Positions 52,301 through 59,735 of a stretch of 59,735 bases of DNA are shown here, in pieces. The position numbers and the translations under genes were made by a program. The number at the start of each line of letters is the position of its first letter. The stretch's first letter is position 1. This DNA comes from an uncultured Bacteroides sp. (GTDB lineage Bacteria > Bacillota > Clostridia > Oscillospirales > Acutalibacteraceae), in contig CAYXLH010000002.1 in the NCBI GenBank assembly GCA_964465835.1, positions 1 to 59,735 on the forward strand, written 5' to 3'. The notes below the pieces were generated by a model. It was given only the letters and a program-made list of their open reading frames with translations, was not told the DNA's origin and did not search any database.

Positions 52301-53995
52301 TGCAGCGTATGCAATAGCAGAATTCAGTGAATAATTGTGTGCTGAGGGAGAAACTGAATTAGGATTAATAACAAGCTTTGCAACTGCAGCCTTAACAGCT
52401 GCGAGCTGATTAGTTACAATAATTTGATTTTGGTCAGGATTTTTAAGTTTACCTTCATCTGTCTTGTACTTATCAACTGATGACCAAACCGCTACTTTTG
52501 CCGTTGTAACAACATTTTCAATATCTGAAGCGGTATAAGAATCGGTTGTAAAATATGACTTATTGTTAATAGCAGCATCTGCGTTGTCAATGGCAATCTC
52601 AAGATCTGCTGTCTCAACTCTTTGATCGTTCAAGAAAAGTACAACACCGTCAAGAGTATCTGCAGCTGTCTTAGCTGCTGTTGGATTGTTATAGCCAGTT
52701 GAAGGAAGGGCTGTCATAATTGCTGCAGCGGCATCATATGCAGTTACTAATTCATTCCAAGAATCATTTGTATAAGTTCCGCCGGCATTACCTGCTTTAT
52801 AATTAGCCTTTCTATTTTCAATAGCGTTGCGAAGGGCATTGTAAGACTCACTATCTGCAGTAAGTGAAGCATTATTTAAAGCAGTTACAATATTGCTGAT
52901 TGAAGTGCCTGCGCTGCTTACCGCTGAGGCAGGACCCGATGAATATGAATAACCATTCGGATCAAAGGCTGTAGCCTGATCAAAAGCAGCAATCAAGCTT
53001 GCTGCACCGCCCTCTTTATAGTTTGCAACGGTAGCAAGTTTTGATTTGGTAGTACTAATCTTATCAAGAATTGCTTTATAGTTTACAACGTAAATTACAG
53101 AATCGCCGTTTTTGATTTCGGATTTCATTGTAATAGTTGCACTTTTACCGTTATTGTTGTAAAAGAGCCAGTTAACGCCGTCATATGTTTTTGTATATTC
53201 ATCAGCGCCAAGTGTGCCTGTATAGAACAACGTATTGGACTGACGGTACTGAGTTCTGCTGTTAGTAGCAGATACGCTTGTATCATTATCAATGACACTG
53301 ATAGCATTTGCATTTGTATTGGTCTGATATCCTGGGTCTTTACTTTCACCGTGCCAAGACTTATTCATTGAAAATCCGTCAGTTGAAGGTCTCAAACTTC
53401 TGACACGTCTTGTACCTCTCAAGCTGGTACGGGCATAGTACATACTGACAGGAACAGCCATTGTATTACCGTCGTAAAGGAACACTACAGAGCCGTACTG
53501 CAGTCCGCATATTGTATTGTCGGTTGTTGAATCAGTATATGCTGCGCCGCCGCCTACACCGAATGCATAAAGTACATTTGACATAGTATCACCGCCGGTC
53601 AGCGTTGAAGTTGAATATGAATTATCTGCAGCAGCATTAACATTTGTTGTTTTGGCTGTCCACTTATTAGCTTTCATTGCGTTTGTGGCGGTATTAAGAT
53701 CATTTGCCGCAGCATCCATTGCCGCAACAGTACCATTACCGTATTTATAGGCATCAACAGTTTCCTGCGCTGCAACATATTTGTTGTAAGCATCAGCCAT
53801 ACCATTATAAACAGTACCGTCCATAGCGAGTCTGTAGGCATCCATAGCCTCGGTGACATTTATAAGATTTTCATCTGTTGCATCAAGACCGTCAAGATCA
53901 CCGGCAAAGGCTGTCATAGCTGACATTGGAACTGAAGCTATAATCATTACAGCCGCTAAAAGCAGGGACATGATTTTTTTGCTGAATGTGTTCAT
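49361..53995 (-). CDS. Large secreted multidomain surface protein (FIVAR-like helical repeats, InlB-B-like repeat, C-terminal beta-rich domain)
   Basis: Sec signal ending in AFA. About six YT..SW..L..A...A helical repeats. VTY...GSAVTLPTAP....QF repeat. C-terminal AYFTYKDASG...VYS. No LPxTG, SLH, dockerin or C-terminal TM seen. Confidence 0.8.
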   Translation of the reverse strand: MNTFSKKIMSLLLAAVMIIASVPMSAMTAFAGDLDGLDATDENLINVTEAMDAYRLAMDGTVYNGMADAYNKYVAAQETVDAYKYGNGTVAAMDAAANDLNTATNAMKANKWTAKTTNVNAAADNSYSTSTLTGGDTMSNVLYAFGVGGGAAYTDSTTDNTICGLQYGSVVFLYDGNTMAVPVSMYYARTSLRGTRRVRSLRPSTDGFSMNKSWHGESKDPGYQTNTNANAISVIDNDTSVSATNSRTQYRQSNTLFYTGTLGADEYTKTYDGVNWLFYNNNGKSATITMKSEIKNGDSVIYVVNYKAILDKISTTKSKLATVANYKEGGAASLIAAFDQATAFDPNGYSYSSGPASAVSSAGTSISNIVTALNNASLTADSESYNALRNAIENRKANYKAGNAGGTYTNDSWNELVTAYDAAAAIMTALPSTGYNNPTAAKTAADTLDGVVLFLNDQRVETADLEIAIDNADAAINNKSYFTTDSYTASDIENVVTTAKVAVWSSVDKYKTDEGKLKNPDQNQIIVTNQLAAVKAAVAKLVINPNSVSPSAHNYSLNSAIAYAATFNPSKYSNYSDVTAAVTNANAYISSLSTVTLDAGTVGSVNSAISEYNNYINAILTAIRELDPAFSDLDNGTIANSGTAETTHIDSSHQSGYWTLDFKRNNNQIVFRTTHDAATFDLGGATFSWNTSRNADQHLDSINLADGQSKVGELTSETNKDNVAMNPNDAQNVYNGSLSAASNGTYRVSNIYVTGKTGNSQFYGKDENGKNVDSLDFKYDDVLAITDGTVPPRGCITTYSDGSNNTRTTTFVSDFTLSLVKTTPKKVSATTIPEIIPCSVNTYLGMVYYFNYSPFATYYGYSHDRAAYTQSTSVVDISYLIDLIKICESLNEADYTVPTWTALKKALEGAKGKMQYSTMTADQILTECVDRYGKLWTAYDSLKAPANNKSIKDAISQVKATYDAGSATYSEASWTNFENAYNAAITAVNDKYSDLKVRNFGTSEQPTIDAIATALIDAFNALQSFADFTPVLDAALAIAQGLEADKYTTASLEAIAADLKDSSKFPYLNKTEEERKTVFSDSQSLINAEAQNIAKLTATVAEIDAAALDAAAIEAKAKFKDPDAFVGINEAIQAIKNLNIYSDVEIYNGISVSGVKYANQAELDAEVTNILTSVAPQQYTVTIDGVEVATVDYGTEYTAQSPNGEKVDWYYAYKSNTSENTNKYYTTDYRITFIVKGDTALTTSAAKDTADTVKVTYVNQLNGKTFATDYVAKGSAVTLPTAPARAYYQFDNYTLNGSVVSGTVTADKDITVVANYSRTQADEMYTITIINEDGNFGERTLTAYYNELVTLDFPTGYVWCKIDEANYDDWLNTTPGSEYVLHYGSSYSFYANEDAHISIYTKDQYDAELTGASDGTSIVDLSKLDENGASVVVRDDIIVKEGKFGMIGTFVLPTGCELVESGMLFTTNTTADMTLENVGTDGVARMKSSEHTVGDQFVINVRTTNITGNISFAYTAYFTYKDASGVQHTVYSDTVVKNNVNVLK

Positions 53996-54126
53996 AAATA
54001 ACTACCTCCCAAAATTTTGCAAGGCACATTATACGCTCCGCTTACTGACCATGAGATGCGTAAAACAAGCCCGACAATGGCACAAATGGGCATAGTAAAC
54101 CCATTTATACATATTTCTATGGCTAT

Positions 54127-54155
54127 ATAGTATCACAAAACACTCAATAAGTCAA
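54127..54155 (-). promoter_or_regulatory. Sigma-A promoter of the large-protein operon
   Basis: TTGACT-17 nt-TACTAT with TG extension; implies a ~125-nt 5' UTR. Confidence 0.7.
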
Positions 54156-54370
54156 CGTAAAAAACAAAAATATTTTTTACAAAATGTTAATATTTTTTTG
54201 TGATATTTTCATCAATTGTAAACCAAATTGCGTTTGTGAATAAGTTATAAGATAAACGTCTAACAACTGTATAAAAGCAGTCAATATTTTACTGTTATTT
54301 GATAAGTGTACTACCATATATAAATGTAATAAATTATATAGATGCGCATTAACGGGGCAATTAGGTAACT

Positions 54371-54504
54371 AATGTATATTTATTCGCATATGATGAATAT
54401 TATTGTGTATATTTACATATAATATTTATTTTTCAGGGGATTATTTGTATTTTTATGCAAATTTTTGCAAAAAGTCTTGCAATTACAATATATGATGATA
54501 TAAT
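54371..54504 (+). promoter_or_regulatory. argG promoter with putative ArgR (ARG) boxes
   Basis: TTGCAA-16 nt-TATAAT with TG extension (54477-54504). ARG-box-like TTTGTATTTTTATGCAAA (54444-54461) and AATGTATATTTATTCGCA (54371-54388). Confidence 0.55.
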
Positions 54505-54540
54505 AGATAGGCAATGACAAACAGAAAAGGAGATTATATA

Positions 54541-55776
54541 ATGGCTAAAGAAATAAAAAAGGTTGTACTGGCATATTCAGGCGGACTTGACACATCTATC
54601 ATAATTCCCTGGCTTAAAGAAAATTACAACAACTGCGAGGTTATTGCAGTAAGCGGTGACGTTGGACAAGGAACCGAGCTTGACGGACTTGAAGAAAAAG
54701 CAATCGCAACAGGCGCGTCAAAATTATATGTACTTGATCTAAAAGACGATTACGCAGAAAATTATATTATGCCCTGTCTTAAAGCAGGTGCAGATTATGA
54801 AACATATCTGCTTGGCACATCTCACGCACGTCCCTGTATTGCAAAGGCACTTGCAGAGGTCGCTAAAAAAGAGGGTGCAGACGCAATTTGCCACGGCTGC
54901 ACAGGCAAAGGCAACGATCAGGTAAGATTTGAGCTTACATTAAAGGCTTTTGCTCCTGAGATGGAGATTATTGCTCCATGGCGTGTATGGGATATCAAAT
55001 CACGTGAGGAAGAAATTGAATATGCCGAGGCGCACAACATTCCTCTTAAAATCAACCGAGAGACAAACTATTCAAAAGATAAGAATATATGGCACCTTTC
55101 ACACGAAGGTCTTGACCTGGAGGATCCTGCCAACGAACCAATGTACTCAAAAGAGGGATTTCTTGAATTAGGCGTTGCTCCGGAACAGGCACCGGACGAA
55201 CCCACATATGTTACAATTCATTTTGAAAAGGGTGTTCCCACAGCTATTGACGGCGAGGAAATGAAAGCCCTTGCAATCATTGAAAAGCTTAACAAATTAG
55301 GCGGTGAAAACGGAATCGGTCTGCTTGACATAGTAGAAAACCGCCTTGTAGGTATGAAGAGCAGAGGCGTTTATGAGACTCCCGGCGGAACAATCCTTTA
55401 TAAGGCACATGAACTGCTTGAAATGATTACTCTTGACCGTGAAACATCTCACTACAAGAAGCTTATTGCTGAAAAATTCGGTGAACTTGTATATAATGGT
55501 TTATGGTTTACACCACTTAGAGAGGCTCTTTCCGCTTTTGTTGACAAAACTCAGGAAACTGTTACCGGCGACGTAAAACTGAAACTTTACAAAGGCAACA
55601 TTGTTAACGCAGGAATCACATCACCATACAGCCTTTATGATGAAAACATTGCATCTTTCGGCGAGGACGGCGGAGCATACAATCAGGCAGATTCAGCAGG
55701 ATTTATCAATCTTTTCGGACTTTCAATCAAAGTTAAAGCACTGCTTGACGCTCAAAGAAATGAAAACAATAAATAA
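54541..55776 (+). CDS. argG: Argininosuccinate synthase
   Basis: [41 protein letters not shown]. Start at ATG 54541. Confidence 0.98.
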   Translation: MAKEIKKVVLAYSGGLDTSIIIPWLKENYNNCEVIAVSGDVGQGTELDGLEEKAIATGASKLYVLDLKDDYAENYIMPCLKAGADYETYLLGTSHARPCIAKALAEVAKKEGADAICHGCTGKGNDQVRFELTLKAFAPEMEIIAPWRVWDIKSREEEIEYAEAHNIPLKINRETNYSKDKNIWHLSHEGLDLEDPANEPMYSKEGFLELGVAPEQAPDEPTYVTIHFEKGVPTAIDGEEMKALAIIEKLNKLGGENGIGLLDIVENRLVGMKSRGVYETPGGTILYKAHELLEMITLDRETSHYKKLIAEKFGELVYNGLWFTPLREALSAFVDKTQETVTGDVKLKLYKGNIVNAGITSPYSLYDENIASFGEDGGAYNQADSAGFINLFGLSIKVKALLDAQRNENNK

Positions 55777-55789
55777 TTAATTAATCATT

Positions 55790-55812
55790 GGGGCGGAATC
55801 AACCGCCCCTTT
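55790..55812 (+). terminator. Weak terminator-like hairpin between argG and argH
   Basis: GGGGCGG-aatcaa-CCGCCCC-TTT. Confidence 0.5.
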
Positions 55813-55878
55813 AAGCAAGCGAGATAAATCCGAACAAGCCTAAAGCGGCTTGATTTCGGCATCTTTTCGCTTGCTTAA
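55811..55878. repeat. 68-bp REP-like palindrome upstream of argH
   Basis: TTAAGCAAGCGA...TCGCTTGCTTAA outer stem, with inner CCGAA/TTCGG and CAAGCC/GGCTTG stems. The 14-mer TTAAGCAAGCGAGA recurs at 28910-28923 (minus strand). Confidence 0.6.
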
Positions 55879-55894
55879 GATAACGGAGATAAAT

Positions 55895-57268
55895 ATGGCA
55901 CAGTTATGGAATGGCAGATTTAAAAAAGAGCTTGCTAAGGAAACCAATGATTTCAACTCGTCCATCAGCTTTGACAGCAGAATGTTTGAGGAGGACATAA
56001 GGGGTTCTATTGCTCACGCAACTATGCTTGGTACAACCGGTATAATTGAAAAAAGTGAAAGTGAAAAAATTGTATCGGAGCTTGGCAAAATACTTGATGA
56101 AATAAATGACGGCAGTCTTAAAATTGATATGGAGGCTGAGGATATCCATACTTTTATTGAGGGTGAACTGACAGCAAGATTAGGTCAGACCGGCAAAAGG
56201 CTTCACACGGCACGTTCAAGAAACGACCAGGTTGCCCTTGATATAAGAATGACTCTCAGAAAAGAGATTGACGATATCAGCGAAAGGCTGAAAAAACTTA
56301 TAAGTGTACTCTGCGACAAAGCAGAGGAGAACAAAACGACAATAATGCCCGGCTATACTCATTTACAAAGGGCACAGCCGATAACATTGGCTCATCACCT
56401 TATGGCTTATGCATCAATGCTTCTGCGTGATATTGACCGCCTTGCAGATGTTAAGAAAAGGATGAACGTACTTCCATTAGGCTCCGGCGCTCTGGCAGGC
56501 ACAACATATCCCCTTGACAGAAATATGGTTGCTGATTTGCTTGGATTTGACAGCATTTCTGCCAATTCTCTTGACGGAGTATCTGACAGGGATTTCTGCA
56601 TAGAACTTGCATCGGCGCTTTCACTTATAATGGTGCATCTTTCACGGTTTAGTGAAGAAATCATTATGTGGTGCAGCTGGGAATTTAAATTTGTTGAGCT
56701 TGACGACGCATTTTCCACAGGTTCAAGCATTATGCCGCAAAAGAAAAACCCGGATATTGTGGAGCTTGTACGCGGTAAAAGTGGCAGAGTTTTCGGCGAT
56801 TTGACAACATTGCTTACCGTTATGAAAGGTATTGCGCTGGCATACAACAAAGATATGCAGGAGGACAAGGAAGCAATTTTTGATGCAGTTGACACAGTAA
56901 AAATGTGCCTTAACGCCTTTACTCCGATGGTTGATACTATGACAGTACTCAAAGACAATATGCGAAATGCGGCAGCTAAGGGATTTATAAACGCCACTGA
57001 CTGCGCTGATTATCTTGTAGGAAAAGGTCTTGCATTCAGAGACGCATATAAAGCCACCGGCGAAATTGTGGCGCTTTGCATTGACAAGGGCGAAACCCTT
57101 GAGAGCCTTGAATTGATTGAATACAAAAACATCTGTGATTTATTTGACGAGGATGTTTACAATGCCATTGATTTGGAAAAATGCGTTGCTGACAGGCTTG
57201 TTGCAGGCGGACCCAGCGTACAAAGCGTTGAAGCACAGATAAAATCGGCAAGAAATGCAATAAAATAA
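55895..57268 (+). CDS. argH: Argininosuccinate lyase
   Basis: LWNGRF, HTARSRNDQV, MPGYTHLQRAQP, GSSIMPQKKNPD. Start at ATG 55895. Confidence 0.98.
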   Translation: MAQLWNGRFKKELAKETNDFNSSISFDSRMFEEDIRGSIAHATMLGTTGIIEKSESEKIVSELGKILDEINDGSLKIDMEAEDIHTFIEGELTARLGQTGKRLHTARSRNDQVALDIRMTLRKEIDDISERLKKLISVLCDKAEENKTTIMPGYTHLQRAQPITLAHHLMAYASMLLRDIDRLADVKKRMNVLPLGSGALAGTTYPLDRNMVADLLGFDSISANSLDGVSDRDFCIELASALSLIMVHLSRFSEEIIMWCSWEFKFVELDDAFSTGSSIMPQKKNPDIVELVRGKSGRVFGDLTTLLTVMKGIALAYNKDMQEDKEAIFDAVDTVKMCLNAFTPMVDTMTVLKDNMRNAAAKGFINATDCADYLVGKGLAFRDAYKATGEIVALCIDKGETLESLELIEYKNICDLFDEDVYNAIDLEKCVADRLVAGGPSVQSVEAQIKSARNAIK

Positions 57269-57301
57269 TATTACAGATACTGACGAAAATAGACATTTAA
57301 C

Positions 57302-57339
57302 GACGATTATGGACATTTATGCTTGTAATCGTCTTTTTT
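57302..57339 (+). terminator. Terminator after argH
   Basis: GACGATTA...TAATCGTC-TTTTTT. Confidence 0.75.
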
Positions 57340-57340
57340 C

Positions 57341-57369
57341 TTGACTAATACAAATAATATTGTTATAAT
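57341..57369 (+). promoter_or_regulatory. Sigma-A promoter of degV
   Basis: TTGACT-17 nt-TATAAT with TG extension. Confidence 0.75.
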
Positions 57370-57404
57370 GGTAAAATGAAAGTAAATAATATAAGGGTAT
57401 TATT

Positions 57405-58265
57405 ATGAATTACAGAATTATTGCAGATAGCTGCTGTGACAAAACGGCGCTTATTAGACAAAGTGAAAACATAACATTTGTTCCCCTTACTCTTGAATTA
57501 GGTGATTACAGAATTCTGGACGATGAAAATTTTGATCAGAATGATTTTGTATCACGAATGAAGAGCTGCGACACCACTGCAAAAACCGCTTGTCCCTCTC
57601 CCGACGCCTGGGCGCAGGCATTTGAATGCGACGAGGATAATTTGTATGTAATAACCATTACCGACAAGCTGTCAGGCACATACAACAGCGCGCTTCAGGG
57701 CAAGGAATTATACTTTGAGGAACACCCAAAATCAAATAAAAAAATTCATATTTTCAACTCTCTTGCAACCTCGGGTATTGAAAGCCTTGTGGCAGAAAAA
57801 ATTTTTGAAATGGGTGACAAAAACGCTGAATTTGACATGGTTGTAAGCGTTGTTGAAGATTATATTGTAAATCACACCGGGTTGTATTTTTGTCTTGAAT
57901 CCCTTGATGTGCTGAAAAATAACGGCAGACTTTTTGCAATGGCGGCAACAGTTTTAAAAAAATTACGTGTAAAACTAATTTGCAGGCGCACCGAGGAAGG
58001 CAACATTTCTCTGGCAGGTCAGGATTTTGCTATGAATCGTGCTATGATTAAGATGGCAAAGATAATCAGCGAAGATATACAGGGTGTCGATTTATCAGAT
58101 AAAAGAGTAGTTATTTCTCACGTCTGCTGTGAGGAAAGGGCTGAATTCGTTAAGGAAAAAATCACTGATTTATGCCCGTTTGGTTCTGTTGAGATTGTTA
58201 AGTGCAGCGGTCTTAACTCCACCTACGCCAGCGACGGTGGAATAATTGTATCATACACAAAATAA
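57405..58265 (+). CDS. DegV/FakB-family fatty-acid-binding protein
   Basis: IIADSCCD, VPL, KTACPSP, LSGTYNSA, L..L..NGR. Confidence 0.9.
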   Translation: MNYRIIADSCCDKTALIRQSENITFVPLTLELGDYRILDDENFDQNDFVSRMKSCDTTAKTACPSPDAWAQAFECDEDNLYVITITDKLSGTYNSALQGKELYFEEHPKSNKKIHIFNSLATSGIESLVAEKIFEMGDKNAEFDMVVSVVEDYIVNHTGLYFCLESLDVLKNNGRLFAMAATVLKKLRVKLICRRTEEGNISLAGQDFAMNRAMIKMAKIISEDIQGVDLSDKRVVISHVCCEERAEFVKEKITDLCPFGSVEIVKCSGLNSTYASDGGIIVSYTK

Positions 58266-58275
58266 ATAAGATTTT

Positions 58276-58304
58276 GGGATAATACGGCGTATTGTCCCTT
58301 TTTT
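58276..58304 (+). terminator. Terminator-like hairpin after degV
   Basis: GGGATAATACG-g-CGTATTGTCCC-TTTTTT. Confidence 0.55.
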
Positions 58305-58311
58305 ATTAAAA

Positions 58312-59166
58312 ATGAGAGAGATTGAATTTAAAATTACAAGTGAATATCAGGGACGGCAGATACGTGAATTTTTAAGAGATTTCGGAGTTTCCTCTTCCCT
58401 GCTGTCAAAACTGAAACGAACGGAAAATGGCATTACGGTAAACGCAAAATTTGCCCGTGCCGTTGACATACTGAATGAAAATGATATACTGAAAATAGTC
58501 ATTTCTGACGGCGGCAGTATGCCCTCTCCTGCAAAAATGGATATTGAAATCTGCTACGAGGATGAGGACATTATTGTACTTAACAAGCCGCCTTTTCTGC
58601 CGGTGCACGAAAGCCGCAATCACATTGGCGACACTCTTTCAAATTTTGTTGCATACCATTTGGGTAAAGAGGGAGAACACACGGCGTTCCGTGCTGTGTT
58701 CCGCCTTGACAGAGATACAAGCGGACTTGTTATGGTTGCAAAAAACGAACTAGCGGCGGCAAAGCTTGCAGGCAGGGTAAAAAAAGATTATTATGCAGTT
58801 GCCGGCAAAGTGTTTGAAAAAGGCGGAGTAATTGACGCGCCCATAGCACGATGCGGTGACAGTATTATAAAAAGACGTGTTGACCCCGGCGGTGAAAGAG
58901 CGGTAACGCATTTTGAGCCGGTCAGTATTAAAGACGGCGCAACCCTGCTTAAAATAAATCTTGAAACAGGACGCACACATCAAATAAGAGTGCATTTTGC
59001 TCACATCGGCGCACCGCTTTTAGGCGACAGTTTATACAGCGGCGACTGTTTGAGGATTAACAGGCAGGCGCTTCACTGCAAAACCATATATTTTACTCAT
59101 CCGATAACAGGAAAAGAAATGGTTATTAACTGCCCTTTTCCTGATGATTTTAAAGAGGTGATTTAA
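58312..59166 (+). CDS. RluA-family pseudouridine synthase
   Basis: EDEDIIVLNKP, RLDRDTSG, LETGRTHQIRVH, GDSLY, QALH. Confidence 0.92.
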   Translation: MREIEFKITSEYQGRQIREFLRDFGVSSSLLSKLKRTENGITVNAKFARAVDILNENDILKIVISDGGSMPSPAKMDIEICYEDEDIIVLNKPPFLPVHESRNHIGDTLSNFVAYHLGKEGEHTAFRAVFRLDRDTSGLVMVAKNELAAAKLAGRVKKDYYAVAGKVFEKGGVIDAPIARCGDSIIKRRVDPGGERAVTHFEPVSIKDGATLLKINLETGRTHQIRVHFAHIGAPLLGDSLYSGDCLRINRQALHCKTIYFTHPITGKEMVINCPFPDDFKEVI

Positions 59167-59167
59167 C

Positions 59168-59735
59168 ATACCTGCTTTTGCAACACATTATCTGTTTTTA
59201 ACGGAAATGGAAGAATATATAAAAGGAAATTTTGATTTTGATTATGACGGCAAGGCAGCTGCGGCAGGGGCACAGGGTCCTGACATATTCTTTTTTCACA
59301 GGGCGCTGCCTGTAATAATGCCGGGTATATCACTGAGGAAAATCGGCTCTGCTCTGCACCGTGCCGAGCCTGGCAAAATATTTGACGCATTTGCGCATTA
59401 CTGGAACGCTGCCGGTGACAGCGGAAAATCATATATTATAGGATTTATACTGCATTATGCGCTGGACAGGCGGTGTCATCCTTACGTTTATGCCATGCAG
59501 GAGAAGATGCTTAAGAACAACAAATTTTTACACAAAAGCTCCGCACACAATATAATTGAAATGAGCGCAGACAGTTATTTTCTGACCGGCAAGGCAAATT
59601 ATAAAAAGCCATCGGATTTCTTCGGTTCAGATACGATAAATACCGATAACAAATCTAAAACCGAAATAGCGCAGGTGATAAAATTCACTGTATCAAAGGT
59701 TTTAGACAGGAATATAAGTTTAAAAGCGGCTGAGT
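59168..59735 (+). CDS. Zinc-dependent phospholipase C-family protein, 3'-truncated, probable ATA start (not in ORF track)
   Basis: (M)PAFATHY...GAQGPDIFFFH...LH...GFILHYALDRRCHPYVY...HNIIE; open to the window end. RBS GAGGTG 7 nt before ATA. Confidence 0.8.
   Translation, partial: MPAFATHYLFLTEMEEYIKGNFDFDYDGKAAAAGAQGPDIFFFHRALPVIMPGISLRKIGSALHRAEPGKIFDAFAHYWNAAGDSGKSYIIGFILHYALDRRCHPYVYAMQEKMLKNNKFLHKSSAHNIIEMSADSYFLTGKANYKKPSDFFGSDTINTDNKSKTEIAQVIKFTVSKVLDRNISLKAAE

Noticed and set aside
54060-54095. ACAATGGC / AAATGGGC words resembling ANTAR-binding loops
   Set aside because: Closing stems are absent, and the words are on the strand opposite the downstream transcript.
1-59735. CRISPR array, tRNA/rRNA, prophage, transposase or defence genes
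   Set aside because: No regularly spaced direct repeats, cloverleaf or rRNA signatures, or corresponding protein motifs were seen by eye.

Overview
A 59.7-kb, low-GC, mostly housekeeping chromosomal window. Gene content and order suggest a Clostridia gut Firmicute, probably Oscillospirales (inference). In order it holds: the 3' part of htpG; rmuC; an ANTAR-dapF-dapL-purC-purB operon; glgBCDA; a ~17-kb minus-strand run (miaB, YlbF/RicA-family, mutS, mutL, miaA, HlyD-like, yggS, sepF, divIVA-like, ileS, lspA, RluA-family, HAD hydrolase, nfo); malQ; a Cys-rich probable spore protein; pcrA; Na+-decarboxylase gamma/beta genes; a tyrA-aroB-aroA-aroC-pheA operon that continues into DedA/VTT, galactokinase-like, DAG-kinase-like and glycoside-hydrolase genes; a 1544-aa secreted protein; argG-argH; degV; a second RluA-family gene; and a partial Zn-dependent phospholipase C-family gene. 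I saw no rRNA, tRNA, CRISPR array, transposase or prophage. Five things stand out that the ORF track misses. (1) A two-gene operon pairs the anchorless 1544-aa secreted protein with a 47-aa YxxP-leader, lasso/RiPP-like peptide. (2) A 274-bp, highly structured element with 26-bp terminal inverted repeats sits inside a terminator loop, and a 28-bp relative sits in another terminator loop 22 kb away. (3) A second small palindromic repeat occurs before argH and mutS. (4) A stand-alone 44-aa membrane peptide gene has its own promoter and terminator. (5) One gene appears to start at ATA.
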